A stretch of DNA of 64,000 nt from Methanobacteriota archaeon (GTDB lineage: Archaea; Halobacteriota; Bog-38; Methanoflorentales; Methanoflorentaceae): positions 1,376,001 through 1,440,000 of the forward strand of contig OY970393.1 of NCBI GenBank assembly GCA_963720465.1, given 5' to 3'. The translations under genes and the position numbers were made by a program. The notes beneath the pieces are model-generated. The model saw nothing but the letters and a program-made list of their open reading frames with translations, had not been told where the DNA came from and ran no database searches. This document shows, in pieces, positions 21,669 to 30,971 of the stretch (the stretch's first letter is position 1; each line of letters starts with the position of its first letter).

Positions 21669-22700
21669 TCACAGTGAGTCAAAAAACAATGGCCAAAAGG
21701 GGTCCTGGTTTGGGATCGCCAGAGATACGATTGTCCCGTCGCGCCGGTGAATTGTTCTTGTTGTTGGGTTGCTTGTTACCATCCCGATAACGGAAGCCGC
21801 TATGCCTCCAGCGCGAAGCGCGTTTATTATATTCTGCGAATTTTTCGGCCTCGCGGTAATCAGCAGAGAGCCCTCGGCGATCGCTGCTAAGGGATCGATG
21901 CCAAATGCCTCGCAGACCATCCTTACTTCTTCTGGATAGACAAACGCCTCCTCATATATCTCCATCCCCGCTCCGCTAGCGCTCGCTATCTCAAAGAGCC
22001 CGCCGATAACGCCGCCCTCAGTCGCATCATGCATGGCAGTCACGCTCCCGGATTCCATCGCTAGCAAGGCGTCTTTCACCACGGTCATTTGCATGCAGAG
22101 GGCCTTAGCTCTCTCGACCAGATGCGGCGGATAATTCTCTAAGAGCTCCTTTTCCCTGATCACTGAGAGGATCCCCGCCGTCTCTATTGCCGGCCCTTTG
22201 GTCAGAATCACATCGTCGCCCGCCTTCGCGCCGGCTGACGTGACATAACCGTTCTTGTCTGCGATGGCAAAGACAGTGACTCCGCCTATGGTGGGTGATA
22301 CAAACCCTGGATAGTACCCCGTATGCCCGCCGACGATCGCTATTCCAAGCTCCACGGCAGCCCTGTGGATGGCATCCACGATGGTGTGGAAGTCCTCTTC
22401 ATTCGTCTCGGGAGGCATCAAAAGCGAGTATGTCATGTATCTGGGCTTGACGCCCATGACCGCCACGTCGCTCGCGCCTATGTGGACGGTGTACCATCCA
22501 AACATCTCCAAGGGCTGGTGTGGGATGGCGAAGATCGGGTCCTCCGCTATTATGAGCACCTTGTCGTTACCGATGTCGATAACTCCGGCGTCGATACCCG
22601 TTCTCGGCGGCACGATTACCGAGTCATCCTTTTTTCCGAGCCGCGGAAGCAGAAAGGAAGTGAAGGCGTCGAGGTCTATCTTTCCGATCTTATCGCTCAT
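21669..22700 (-). CDS. AIR synthase (PurM/HypE-like) family protein
   Basis: GIDAG, EDPIF, IVGGHTG and MHDATEGG motifs. Confidence 0.85.
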   Translation of the reverse strand: MSDKIGKIDLDAFTSFLLPRLGKKDDSVIVPPRTGIDAGVIDIGNDKVLIIAEDPIFAIPHQPLEMFGWYTVHIGASDVAVMGVKPRYMTYSLLMPPETNEEDFHTIVDAIHRAAVELGIAIVGGHTGYYPGFVSPTIGGVTVFAIADKNGYVTSAGAKAGDDVILTKGPAIETAGILSVIREKELLENYPPHLVERAKALCMQMTVVKDALLAMESGSVTAMHDATEGGVIGGLFEIASASGAGMEIYEEAFVYPEEVRMVCEAFGIDPLAAIAEGSLLITARPKNSQNIINALRAGGIAASVIGMVTSNPTTRTIHRRDGTIVSLAIPNQDPFWPLFFDSL

Positions 22701-23325
22701 GGTAGCGTCTCGCGATTTCACAGATCTGCTCTGCGACTTCTATAGGATCCCGCCCGACAAGGACCGACACGGGCTCTTTGCCGATGGCACCCGTTTCGTA
22801 GAAGACCTTGGGGACCCGGCCACCGGCGGCATCTATCGCTTGCTGAACTTTCCAGGGCATCGATGCGCCTTCCGCTTCCTTAATTTCTTCCGGTTCTTTA
22901 CTGCGGTCGATCACGCTGAAAACCCATCCTTTTGCTTTGCAATACTCCTTGAGCCATTTCGTCAGAGATGGATTGTTTGCGAAGTTCACCCCTGCCCTAA
23001 ACGCCGAATCGGCTTTGCCCAGCTCTACCATTAGTCGGGCCATGTGGCTTGACGCGCCGAATCTGGGCTTGCCTGCAGCGTGAGGTACGCCATTCACGAC
23101 GGTTATGCGTCCGTCTATTCCTAAAACATCACCTCTGCTTCTAGAATTGAGCCGAGCGTAAACGAGGTTAGTCCTGACCTCGGGAACCAAGGCTGCAAAC
23201 TCCTTGCATTCCTCCACGAGATCCAGGGCGACGGCGATCTTCCCGCGCATGTCGATTTCGTCAGACTTCAACAGACTAGTCTCCCTCGGATTCAGCTTAA
23301 TATCGAACACTTTGAACTGGAACAA
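22690..23325 (-). CDS. ThiN-type thiamine-phosphate synthase domain protein
   Basis: VPEVRTNLVYA, GRIT, FGASSHMAR and GKEP motifs; start uncertain. Confidence 0.8.
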   Translation of the reverse strand: MFQFKVFDIKLNPRETSLLKSDEIDMRGKIAVALDLVEECKEFAALVPEVRTNLVYARLNSRSRGDVLGIDGRITVVNGVPHAAGKPRFGASSHMARLMVELGKADSAFRAGVNFANNPSLTKWLKEYCKAKGWVFSVIDRSKEPEEIKEAEGASMPWKVQQAIDAAGGRVPKVFYETGAIGKEPVSVLVGRDPIEVAEQICEIARRYHER

Positions 23326-23502
23326 TAAGTAGTAATCGCCAAGCTGCTGTTTCTCCAGCTGTAACGAAGACAGGCCGGTCAGCTTGAATATGGCATGATA
23401 GTTTCGTTACGCTACCAACCAGTTGGCAATGTTGTTTGATTTTTTTTGCTTCGTAAAATTTAAATAAGATAATAGCTTTAGGCATTTTGTTAGTAGGAAG
23501 CC

Positions 23503-23516
23503 AGAAACCTACTTCC
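23503..23516. promoter_or_regulatory. NrpR-like operator upstream of amt
   Basis: AGAA-N6-TTCC, one mismatch to GGAA-N6-TTCC; downstream of an AT-rich TATA-like tract. Confidence 0.4.
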
Positions 23517-23656
23517 TATAGATATAGGTTCCTACTGACAAACGCAGTTGCGGAACTGCGCTGGGGAGCGCCTCGATCCTCCATGTGCGCTCCCCGCTCA
23601 TCTACATCAAACAGGCTAAAAAACGGCCCACATTCCGCAAAACGGGAGGTTTCAAA

Positions 23657-25264
23657 ATGACATGGAAACCAAGTAAAAAATTGGTAATAAATTGCCTTTT
23701 GATACTCGTATTCGTGAGTTTGATGATGGCAAAATCGGGCTACATCACAGGAATGGCCCAACAGCCCACAAACTCAGCGCTAAACGCCTCAACGCCTATT
23801 GCCGCTACGCAGGCGTTGCCTGACAGAAGTCAGCCCGACCCAACGGGCAGCAGCATCGGCTCAGCCAACGTTCCAGCAAACGTCACTGGCCAACCGACGT
23901 TATCTGAGCTCGCCAATGCTGTTGGCCACAATATAGTGGCCATCAACTTCGTATGGACGCTCGTGGCCGGCTTCCTCGTCTTCTTTATGCAGGCGGGGTT
24001 TGCACTCGTTGAAACCGGCTTCACGCGCTCAAAGAACGTGGCTCACACGATGGGCATGAACATACTGATCTACGGGCTTGGCGTGCTTGGGTGGTATTTC
24101 TGTGGATTCGCCATCATGTTCGGCGGATTGAAGTCGCTTGGTACCTTGGGCGGGTTTACCGGACTTGGCAGCGAGGTGACGGTCAATTTACTGGGACATC
24201 CGTTCGGACTGCTCGGTGCTCACGGTTTTGCGCTGACCGGTGCCTATGACGTTGGCGTGTTTGCGCTATTCCTCTTCGAAGTCGTCTTCATGGATACCGC
24301 TGCCACGATTCCGACCGGGGCCATGGCCGAACGGTGGAAATTCTTGGCATTCTGCATCTACGGTCTATTCATAGGGACGATCATTTACCCGCTCTTTGGC
24401 AACTGGGTTTGGGGCGGCGGATGGCTTTCGCAGCTCGGCACGAACTTTGGCTTAGGCAACGGGTACGTCGACTTTGCAGGCTCGACAGTCGTGCACATGG
24501 TAGGTGGTACGATCGGCTTTGTCGGCGCTTGGATGCTCGGCCCTCGTATCGGCAAGTACGTCGACGGGAAGGTCCGCGCCATTCCACCGCACAGCATCCC
24601 TATGGCAGTGCTCGGAACGCTCATCCTCGCATTCGGATGGTTCGGGTTTAATCCGGGCTCCACGCTCGCTGGAACCGATCTCCGTATTAGTGTCATCGCC
24701 GTTAACACGATGCTTGCATCGGTTGCGGGCATGGTGGCAGCGACGTTTTGGATGTGGCGCGTCCGCGGCAACAAACCTGACGTCAGCTTTATGTGCAACG
24801 GGACGCTTGCCGGACTGGTTGCAATAACCGGCCCTTGTGCGTTCGTTAACTCGCAAAGCGCTGTCCTCATTGGATTGGTCGCTGGCATTCTTGTGGTCGA
24901 AGCCGCGCTTTTCATTGACAAAAGGTTAAAAGTTGATGACCCGGTCGGAGCGGTGGCCGTGCACGGCGTGTGCGGCGCGTGGGGATGTCTCAGTTTAGGA
25001 CTCCTCGCAGATGGCACGTACGGCGCGGGCTGGAACGGCGTTTCCGGCGCGGTAACCGGTCTTCTCTACGGAAATCCCAGTCAGCTCGCTGCACAATGCA
25101 TCGGAGTGGCGACATGCTTCGTTTATACGGCGGCGATCTCACTTGCGATCTTCGCATTCATAGACAAAGTTGTCGGACTGAGGGTCGGATCGCAGACGGA
25201 AGTAGACGGCCTCGACGTCCCAGAAATGGGAGTGGGAGGGTACGATGGCGGCTACGGGCTCTGA
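23657..25264 (+). CDS. amt: ammonium transporter with N-terminal signal-like extension
   Basis: FMQAGFALVE, DFAGSTVVH, WFGFNPGS and DDPVGAVAVHG (twin His) motifs; RBS GGAGGT. Confidence 0.96.
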   Translation: MTWKPSKKLVINCLLILVFVSLMMAKSGYITGMAQQPTNSALNASTPIAATQALPDRSQPDPTGSSIGSANVPANVTGQPTLSELANAVGHNIVAINFVWTLVAGFLVFFMQAGFALVETGFTRSKNVAHTMGMNILIYGLGVLGWYFCGFAIMFGGLKSLGTLGGFTGLGSEVTVNLLGHPFGLLGAHGFALTGAYDVGVFALFLFEVVFMDTAATIPTGAMAERWKFLAFCIYGLFIGTIIYPLFGNWVWGGGWLSQLGTNFGLGNGYVDFAGSTVVHMVGGTIGFVGAWMLGPRIGKYVDGKVRAIPPHSIPMAVLGTLILAFGWFGFNPGSTLAGTDLRISVIAVNTMLASVAGMVAATFWMWRVRGNKPDVSFMCNGTLAGLVAITGPCAFVNSQSAVLIGLVAGILVVEAALFIDKRLKVDDPVGAVAVHGVCGAWGCLSLGLLADGTYGAGWNGVSGAVTGLLYGNPSQLAAQCIGVATCFVYTAAISLAIFAFIDKVVGLRVGSQTEVDGLDVPEMGVGGYDGGYGL

Positions 25265-25354
25265 GCTGCGCCAACTGCAAAAAAGAAGCAGCCCGCTGTG
25301 TCCCGGGCCGAGAATGTGTGCCCGCACCACGTCCGCGTGGGCGGGGGAGTTTGA

Positions 25355-25709
<355 letters not shown>

Positions 25710-25723
25710 TGCGCGGCATCGCA

Positions 25724-25754
25724 GGCGGGGCGAGTACCCGCCTTTTCTTTTTTT
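25724..25754 (+). terminator. hairpin plus T-tract terminator after glnK
   Basis: GGCGGG-N7-CCCGCC followed by TTTTCTTTTTTT. Confidence 0.7.
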
Positions 25755-26061
25755 GCACCAGTAGAACGGTGTGCGTGTAAGTGCGTTGCTATAGCACAGT
25801 GAGAAGAAGGCATCGATACTCTGTCGAAAAATGCGTTTATTTGTTTCAGGGGGGCCGTGCTTTTGTATTGAGAGATCTGAAGTAAACGATAAGCCTGAAC
25901 TATGTTTCTATGAATCCCGCAGGTGGGCAAAGACGCCTTACCGTCTTTTGGAGTTGATGACAGGGTGTAGCTTTATCGGCTGACTTATGCGAGACGCTTC
26001 TCTTCCGTTCTTCAAACGGATAAATCGAGGAATCGATTTGTGCTCGTCTGCTCTTCTTTCC

Positions 26062-26334
26062 TCACCACGTTACTTGGTTCGCCTCTTCGAGCGGCATTGC
26101 CGGCGCGATGTGGGCCACGCCAAAGCTGCTGAACGGGCCGGTAATCTTGAGCAGTGATGCTTCATCTGGTGCATCGAAGATTGCCACGGACATATGCCTT
26201 CCTATGAGAACGTAACGGCCTATCACCTTGACGCTTTCTGGAAACTTAAAGTGCTTCCACAACTCGCGAACCCGTTCAGTATGATCGGGATCGAATTTAT
26301 ACCATAAAACGAATAGCATTTTTTCCACTTCCAT
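26062..26334 (-). CDS. DUF3303-like small protein
   Basis: MLFVLWYKF...PESVKVIGRY...IFDA.DE...IAPAMPLEE pattern. Confidence 0.65.
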   Translation of the reverse strand: MEVEKMLFVLWYKFDPDHTERVRELWKHFKFPESVKVIGRYVLIGRHMSVAIFDAPDEASLLKITGPFSSFGVAHIAPAMPLEEANQVTW

Positions 26335-26612
26335 TACGTAGTTGAGTTTACCACGCTCCTCCTTGAGCGCGTCGCTCTCGATTCAAAAACCCCTTCGACG
26401 TTGGGGATTGCTTACGCCATCGGTTTTTTGACGAGAGCATCACTAAAGAATAACATTCTGGAACAATAACTCTTTCTCAGCTTTTCTTGGGTTCCGGCCT
26501 TATCGAGCGGCTGAGTTTCGTTGGCGGTGCTGGCGGTCAACTGCCGTCATCAAAACCTATAAGCGTGAAAGAGACGGTACGCACGCAGCACGGAGGTGAG
26601 AAAATAGCACAA

Positions 26613-26828
26613 ATGCTCCCGCAGTGTTTCAATTGCAAACATTTCCATACGGGAGGGGACAAATGTGACGCCTACCCAACTGAAAGGTTGTACAACTGCG
26701 ACGCTTTCCCTGATCCAAAGCGCCAGATACCTGGAGACATTCTTTCGAATACGGTCCTCCACAAGACACCATATGCAGGAGATCACGGCATCCTCTATGA
26801 CCCAATAGACCCTAACGTATCTTATTAA
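26613..26828 (+). CDS. small Cys/His protein of a type often seen in phage or mobile DNA
   Basis: CFNCKH...CDAFP...IP.DI...H..PY.GDHGI; RBS GGAGGTGA. Confidence 0.6.
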   Translation: MLPQCFNCKHFHTGGDKCDAYPTERLYNCDAFPDPKRQIPGDILSNTVLHKTPYAGDHGILYDPIDPNVSY

Positions 26829-26840
26829 CCCATAACTAGC

Positions 26841-27000
26841 GGGTCTTCACCGTCGGAAAACCTGGTTATCACCTACCTTGGTATCTGCAACCAAGGCTAT
26901 TAGAGGGGCGCCAAATCGGCCTCAGACGCCCCAATTGCGCCCTTTATAGGCGCACACGTCGGTGAGGAGAGACGTTTGAGAGGCTCCTCCCCTCCGGACC
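26841..27000 (+). ncRNA. candidate structured intergenic RNA
   Basis: Closing stem 26844-55/26957-68 encloses three 6-7 bp hairpins; see findings. Confidence 0.35.
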
Positions 27001-27095
27001 TTAAATTTTGCTGGCCCATAACCTCGATTTCGTAGCTTTGAGCGCTTAGCTTTTTACCTCATAACTATTTTATTCAATTTTTTTAGTTTATCTCA

Positions 27096-27167
27096 GGGGT
27101 TCTGTAGAAAAAGTTTGGCGCGTGCAGAAAAAGTTTGCATGATTAGGGACTTATTCTACAAAGCCCC
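27096..27167. mobile_element. 72-bp MITE-like or internally deleted IS remnant
   Basis: Terminal inverted repeats GGGGTTCTGTAGAAAAAGT and (reverse complement) GGGGCTTTGTAGAATAAGT match at 16/19; no clear target-site duplication. Confidence 0.5.
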
Positions 27168-27191
27168 AAATCTAGAAATAGTTTTATATTA

Positions 27192-27204
27192 TTAACGCCG
27201 TTAA
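27192..27204. promoter_or_regulatory. palindrome TTAACG-C-CGTTAA downstream of a TATA box
   Basis: The identical 13-mer occurs at 34824-34836 before the paralogous wHTH gene. Confidence 0.65.
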
Positions 27205-27221
27205 TTTATTTGGTGAATACC

Positions 27222-27482
27222 ATGAACGGTGTAATTGCCGAAACAATTTCGAACAACGAGCCCTTCACAGAGAGGCTCAGAGAGTATCCTCCAAGTGTAA
27301 AATTGGTCTTTAAGACGCTTGAGAACAACGGAACAATGACTTTGAGCGATATCGAAAAGGAGACATATTTGCCATATAGAACGGTGAGATATGCAGTTAA
27401 GCGACTCAAAGAAGGCGGGTTTGTAGCGCGCATCTTTCACATAAAAGATGCGCGACAAAGCCTCTATCGCCTCGCGCAGTAG
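27222..27482 (+). CDS. small winged-helix (MarR/TrmB-like) regulator
   Basis: PPSVKLVFKTLE...LPYRTVRYAVKRL...DARQSLY motifs. Confidence 0.85.
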   Translation: MNGVIAETISNNEPFTERLREYPPSVKLVFKTLENNGTMTLSDIEKETYLPYRTVRYAVKRLKEGGFVARIFHIKDARQSLYRLAQ

Positions 27483-27881
27483 TTTGGTGAACACGATAAT
27501 GTAACATGTACGTAAGCAATTTGTCTTCCAGTTCGTTCATGTGTAGTTCGCCTGGTTTCGCCTTATTTTTTGGTGAATGTAGTTTCCTTCCCGTGAGTAC
27601 TATTTTTTGGCGAGTAGCCTTTTATAAAAAGCAACCGTCCCTCTGATTACGACCCGCTTCCCAATAGTGCCGAGATTTCTGGCCCCTTGACTATATCTGG
27701 GATCACCGAGCACGTCTTGGACCCTCCTATTCGAGCTCCCGCGCCTACTGTTCTTGCAGCTACGCGCGCGAGGAGGAGCCTAAATAGGGTTGCGAGTCTA
27801 GCCTTGCCATCTATCGTGCCTCCGCACTTCGGCTTAAACCCCTTTACACACAAAAAAAGGATGAATATTGAGACGGATAAG

Positions 27882-27952
27882 AGCCAACCCCCGGAGTCGA
27901 ACCGGGATAAGCCGCTCTGCAGGCGACTGCGTAGCCATTCCGCCAGGCTGGC
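27882..27952 (-). tRNA. tRNA-Cys(GCA)
   Basis: Cloverleaf GCCAGCC-TG-GCGGAATGGCTACGC-A-GTCGC-CTGCAGA-GCGGC-TTAT-CCCGGTTCGACTCCGGG-GGTTGGC-T; U73 discriminator, no encoded CCA, T7 tract downstream. Confidence 0.95.
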
Positions 27953-28275
27953 ATTCTCGACACTTCACTGTTACAGCTCGCACATAAGAATACGTGTTAT
28001 CGCGACAAAGTTTGCTTGCACTCGGTCTTTTCCGTCGATTCACGCCGCTCCAACTTGCATACTCATAGCTGATTGAAATCGGATCTGAACAAGAAATAGT
28101 GCCGGAGACACCACGCGTAAAATCGCCAAATGCTTAAGTATCTCGCTAGTGAGAGTACTCACTATCAGCAATTCGGCCCTGCGCATGAGCTGCGCGCAGC
28201 AGCATTCGTCTTTCATCATATGGCAGTGAACCAGATAACGACGAACTGTGTGTTGTTGAACTCAAGGAGCGGCTA

Positions 28276-29130
28276 ATGAAAAAATCACGTGATTCAAAAG
28301 CGCTGCTCCGGCGTGACAAGAGACAACGCGCGATAATTCGCTTGCTAAAAAAGATGCACGGAGGCGGATTCGAGCCGAGCGCTTTTGAGATCGGCCACGT
28401 TGACGTGACCATTCCCGACCTCGATCCTGCGTTTCGCGGATACCGGGTTGCAAGTATCGCAGACATTCATTTGGATGAATGGCTCAACGCGCAGCGTTTT
28501 GGTGAGGTGATCGACCTCATTAACCAGCAACATCCTGACTTAGTCGCAATTGTCGGCGATCTCTTCTCGTACGAGGTTGACGGACTGGCTCAGCAGATGG
28601 CCACCTCATTGAACAAATTGAGGCCAAAAGACTGCAGTGTTGCGGTGCTCGGCAATCACGATCACTTAGTCGGAGCGACGGCCGTTCGCGACGTATTGTG
28701 GGAAAGCAACGTTATCGACCTGAGCAACGACGTAATGACGGTGAACAAGGGGGGAGCGACGTTGCACGTCGCCGGCGTTGATAGCGTTGCATCGCATAAA
28801 CATCGGTTAGATAAGGTGCTAGAGAAGCTCCCGCCCGTCGGACCCGCAATCCTGCTGGCCCACGAGCCCGATTTCGCGGATGTAAGCGCGAGTACAGGGC
28901 GATTTAGCTTGCAGATTTCTGGGCACTCGCACGGAGGACAGTGGATAGTGCCGGGAATAGGGCCTCCAATTCGCGGTCTGTACTCTCGAAAGTACCCCCT
29001 TGGACGGTATCGCGTCGGCGACATGACGCACTACACAAACCGCGGAATCGGGACGAGCATAATCCGTCTGAGGATAAATTGCCCGCCAGAGATCACGGTC
29101 TTCACCCTAATGCCCTCCGGCCATCCATAG
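28276..29130 (+). CDS. calcineurin-like metallophosphoesterase
   Basis: DIH, GDL, GNHD, HEPD and SGHSHGGQ motifs. Confidence 0.92.
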   Translation: MKKSRDSKALLRRDKRQRAIIRLLKKMHGGGFEPSAFEIGHVDVTIPDLDPAFRGYRVASIADIHLDEWLNAQRFGEVIDLINQQHPDLVAIVGDLFSYEVDGLAQQMATSLNKLRPKDCSVAVLGNHDHLVGATAVRDVLWESNVIDLSNDVMTVNKGGATLHVAGVDSVASHKHRLDKVLEKLPPVGPAILLAHEPDFADVSASTGRFSLQISGHSHGGQWIVPGIGPPIRGLYSRKYPLGRYRVGDMTHYTNRGIGTSIIRLRINCPPEITVFTLMPSGHP

Positions 29131-29336
29131 GCGAGGAACGTTATCGCTGCATGGCCTCGCTTCGACCGGCGTTCACCGGCGCCCTCATCGCTTTGCCTTC
29201 CGCTGTTCAGTTCCGCTTCAGCTGGCCAAAGAACAAACGCCGGCTGTGTGAGTCCTTTAAACGCACCAAGAACGCCAATCGGCACCCCACAGTCACCGGT
29301 TGCCTTTAAGTTTCGTATCAACATAATTAGGACGGC

Positions 29337-30086
29337 ATGAGTTATAGCAAACGGTTCCCTAGAGTCATTATGGACTATGATGGCGGCGAGCGTCCGGATT
29401 ACGATGACGTAGCTGTTGAGGACAGCCTCACCCTGTTTGTTAACGACATCAGGATCGCGACGCTCATTGCGTCGCCAGAACAGCTCAAAGAACTTTGCAT
29501 CGGATACTTGATCTCTGAGGGCGTCGTCTCAAGTTTTGAAGAGATTCAAAGCATTGACGTCGATGATGATAAGAACGAAGCCTCCATCGTTGTCTCGTCC
29601 TTCGATCAGGTCGAGCTCTGGCAGGAAGTGCGCTCTTCAGGCTGCATCGGGATGAAATGGTGGACAAACGAAGACGTGCGCGTTGATTCTGCGGCTACGT
29701 TTGAAAAGGTGGTCCTCAAAAAGAGCTTGACGCACCTCGACACTCAAGCGCGCAGACAGACGCACGGCGTGCACGTCGCCGGGCTATTTGACGCGACGGG
29801 CAAGCTGCTAGCGCAAGCGGTCGACGTTGGAAGACACAGTGCTATCGATAAGGTCATTGGCATGTACGCGGGCAACGACTTCTCCTACACGTTCCTCCTG
29901 TCATCCGGCAGGCAGCCTGCAGGAATGGTATTGAAAGCGGCTCGGGCAGGCATACCATTGATCCTATCGAAAGCAGCACCTATTAGCACTGGTGTCGAGG
30001 CAGCAGTTCAAGCTGGGGTGACCCTCATATGTTTTGCTACTGGGCGTCAGTTTGCGACGTATTCACATCCAGAGAGGCTCGTTTAG
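29337..30086 (+). CDS. fdhD: formate dehydrogenase accessory sulfurtransferase
   Basis: SSGC, THGVH, DVGRHSAIDK, SGR and KAAP motifs. Confidence 0.9.
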   Translation: MSYSKRFPRVIMDYDGGERPDYDDVAVEDSLTLFVNDIRIATLIASPEQLKELCIGYLISEGVVSSFEEIQSIDVDDDKNEASIVVSSFDQVELWQEVRSSGCIGMKWWTNEDVRVDSAATFEKVVLKKSLTHLDTQARRQTHGVHVAGLFDATGKLLAQAVDVGRHSAIDKVIGMYAGNDFSYTFLLSSGRQPAGMVLKAARAGIPLILSKAAPISTGVEAAVQAGVTLICFATGRQFATYSHPERLV

Positions 30087-30347
30087 CGTTCTAAAGACCC
30101 TTTTTTGGCGGCAGGCTTTTGGTCTGACAGCGTCTTGGGCATTATTTTGCTTCGCACACTCGATAACTAGATGCCTAGGAGGTGTGGATTAAAGTGCGCT
30201 GTCGCGAAACTTCTGCGTGCTGAGCAATAATAGAAATACGCAGGACGGCTATCCAGGCAAATTAGGGCAATCCGCGGCCTACGGAAAAAAAATGACGCTA
30301 CAGGAACCGCCCGTTGGGAGAAAAAAGGCCCAAGCTAAATACGAGTT

Positions 30348-30971
30348 TCAGTTCGGAACCTCACGTTCGGACATAATCACAAATATGCCGACTTGAGACA
30401 ACAAGTTCTGAAAATGTCCTACCGTCTTGCCAGTCGCGCAGCTTTTCAAACCGATGAGCCGTTCTATGGCGATGTTTCGCGTTCGGCAAAACGCCTGGAA
30501 ATCGCTGATAGTGGAAAGGTGGATATTAGGCGTATCGTACCAGTCGCGGGGCAAAAAATCGACTTTCGGCATTTGTCCTTTGGTGAGGATGTACCATCGA
30601 ATTCTGAAGTAACCAAAATTTGGAAAGCTCACAATCGCCCTATTTCCTACGCGGAGCATTTCCTGAATAACAAGGGTCGGCTTATGAACGACTTGTAGCG
30701 TCTGATTTAACACGATGTAATCGAAAGATGCATCATTATAGTCGCCAAGCCCTTCGTCGATATCGCCTTGAAAGACCGTGAGCCCTTTGCGCACACAAGC
30801 GGCTATACATCGATCGTCGATTTCAACGCCGCGGATATCGGAGACACCGCTTCGTTTTAGCTTCGTCAGCAAGTCCCCGTTTCCGCAGCCGAGATCAAGT
30901 ACGCGTGCGCCACGGGGAATCAGATTAACAATGATATCCTGGTCAAATCGTTGCACCGCTACCGCCCGCAC
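30348..30971 (-). CDS. metW: methionine biosynthesis protein MetW
   Basis: VLDLGCGNG, VSFPNFG and WYDTPNIH motifs; downstream of metX. Confidence 0.92.
   Translation of the reverse strand: MRAVAVQRFDQDIIVNLIPRGARVLDLGCGNGDLLTKLKRSGVSDIRGVEIDDRCIAACVRKGLTVFQGDIDEGLGDYNDASFDYIVLNQTLQVVHKPTLVIQEMLRVGNRAIVSFPNFGYFRIRWYILTKGQMPKVDFLPRDWYDTPNIHLSTISDFQAFCRTRNIAIERLIGLKSCATGKTVGHFQNLLSQVGIFVIMSEREVPN

Noticed and set aside
18864-22700. Nit1C-type cluster (radical SAM plus AIR synthase-like protein)
   Set aside because: The genes are on opposite strands, and the nitrilase, GNAT and flavoprotein members are absent
23326-23480. TPP riboswitch upstream of the ThiN-like gene
   Set aside because: No GCUGAGA or CCUGA...GCGNAGG consensus seen
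26975-27005. HDV-like or hammerhead ribozyme within the structured gap
   Set aside because: The P1.1 GG and P4 elements and the CUGANGA/GAAA core are missing
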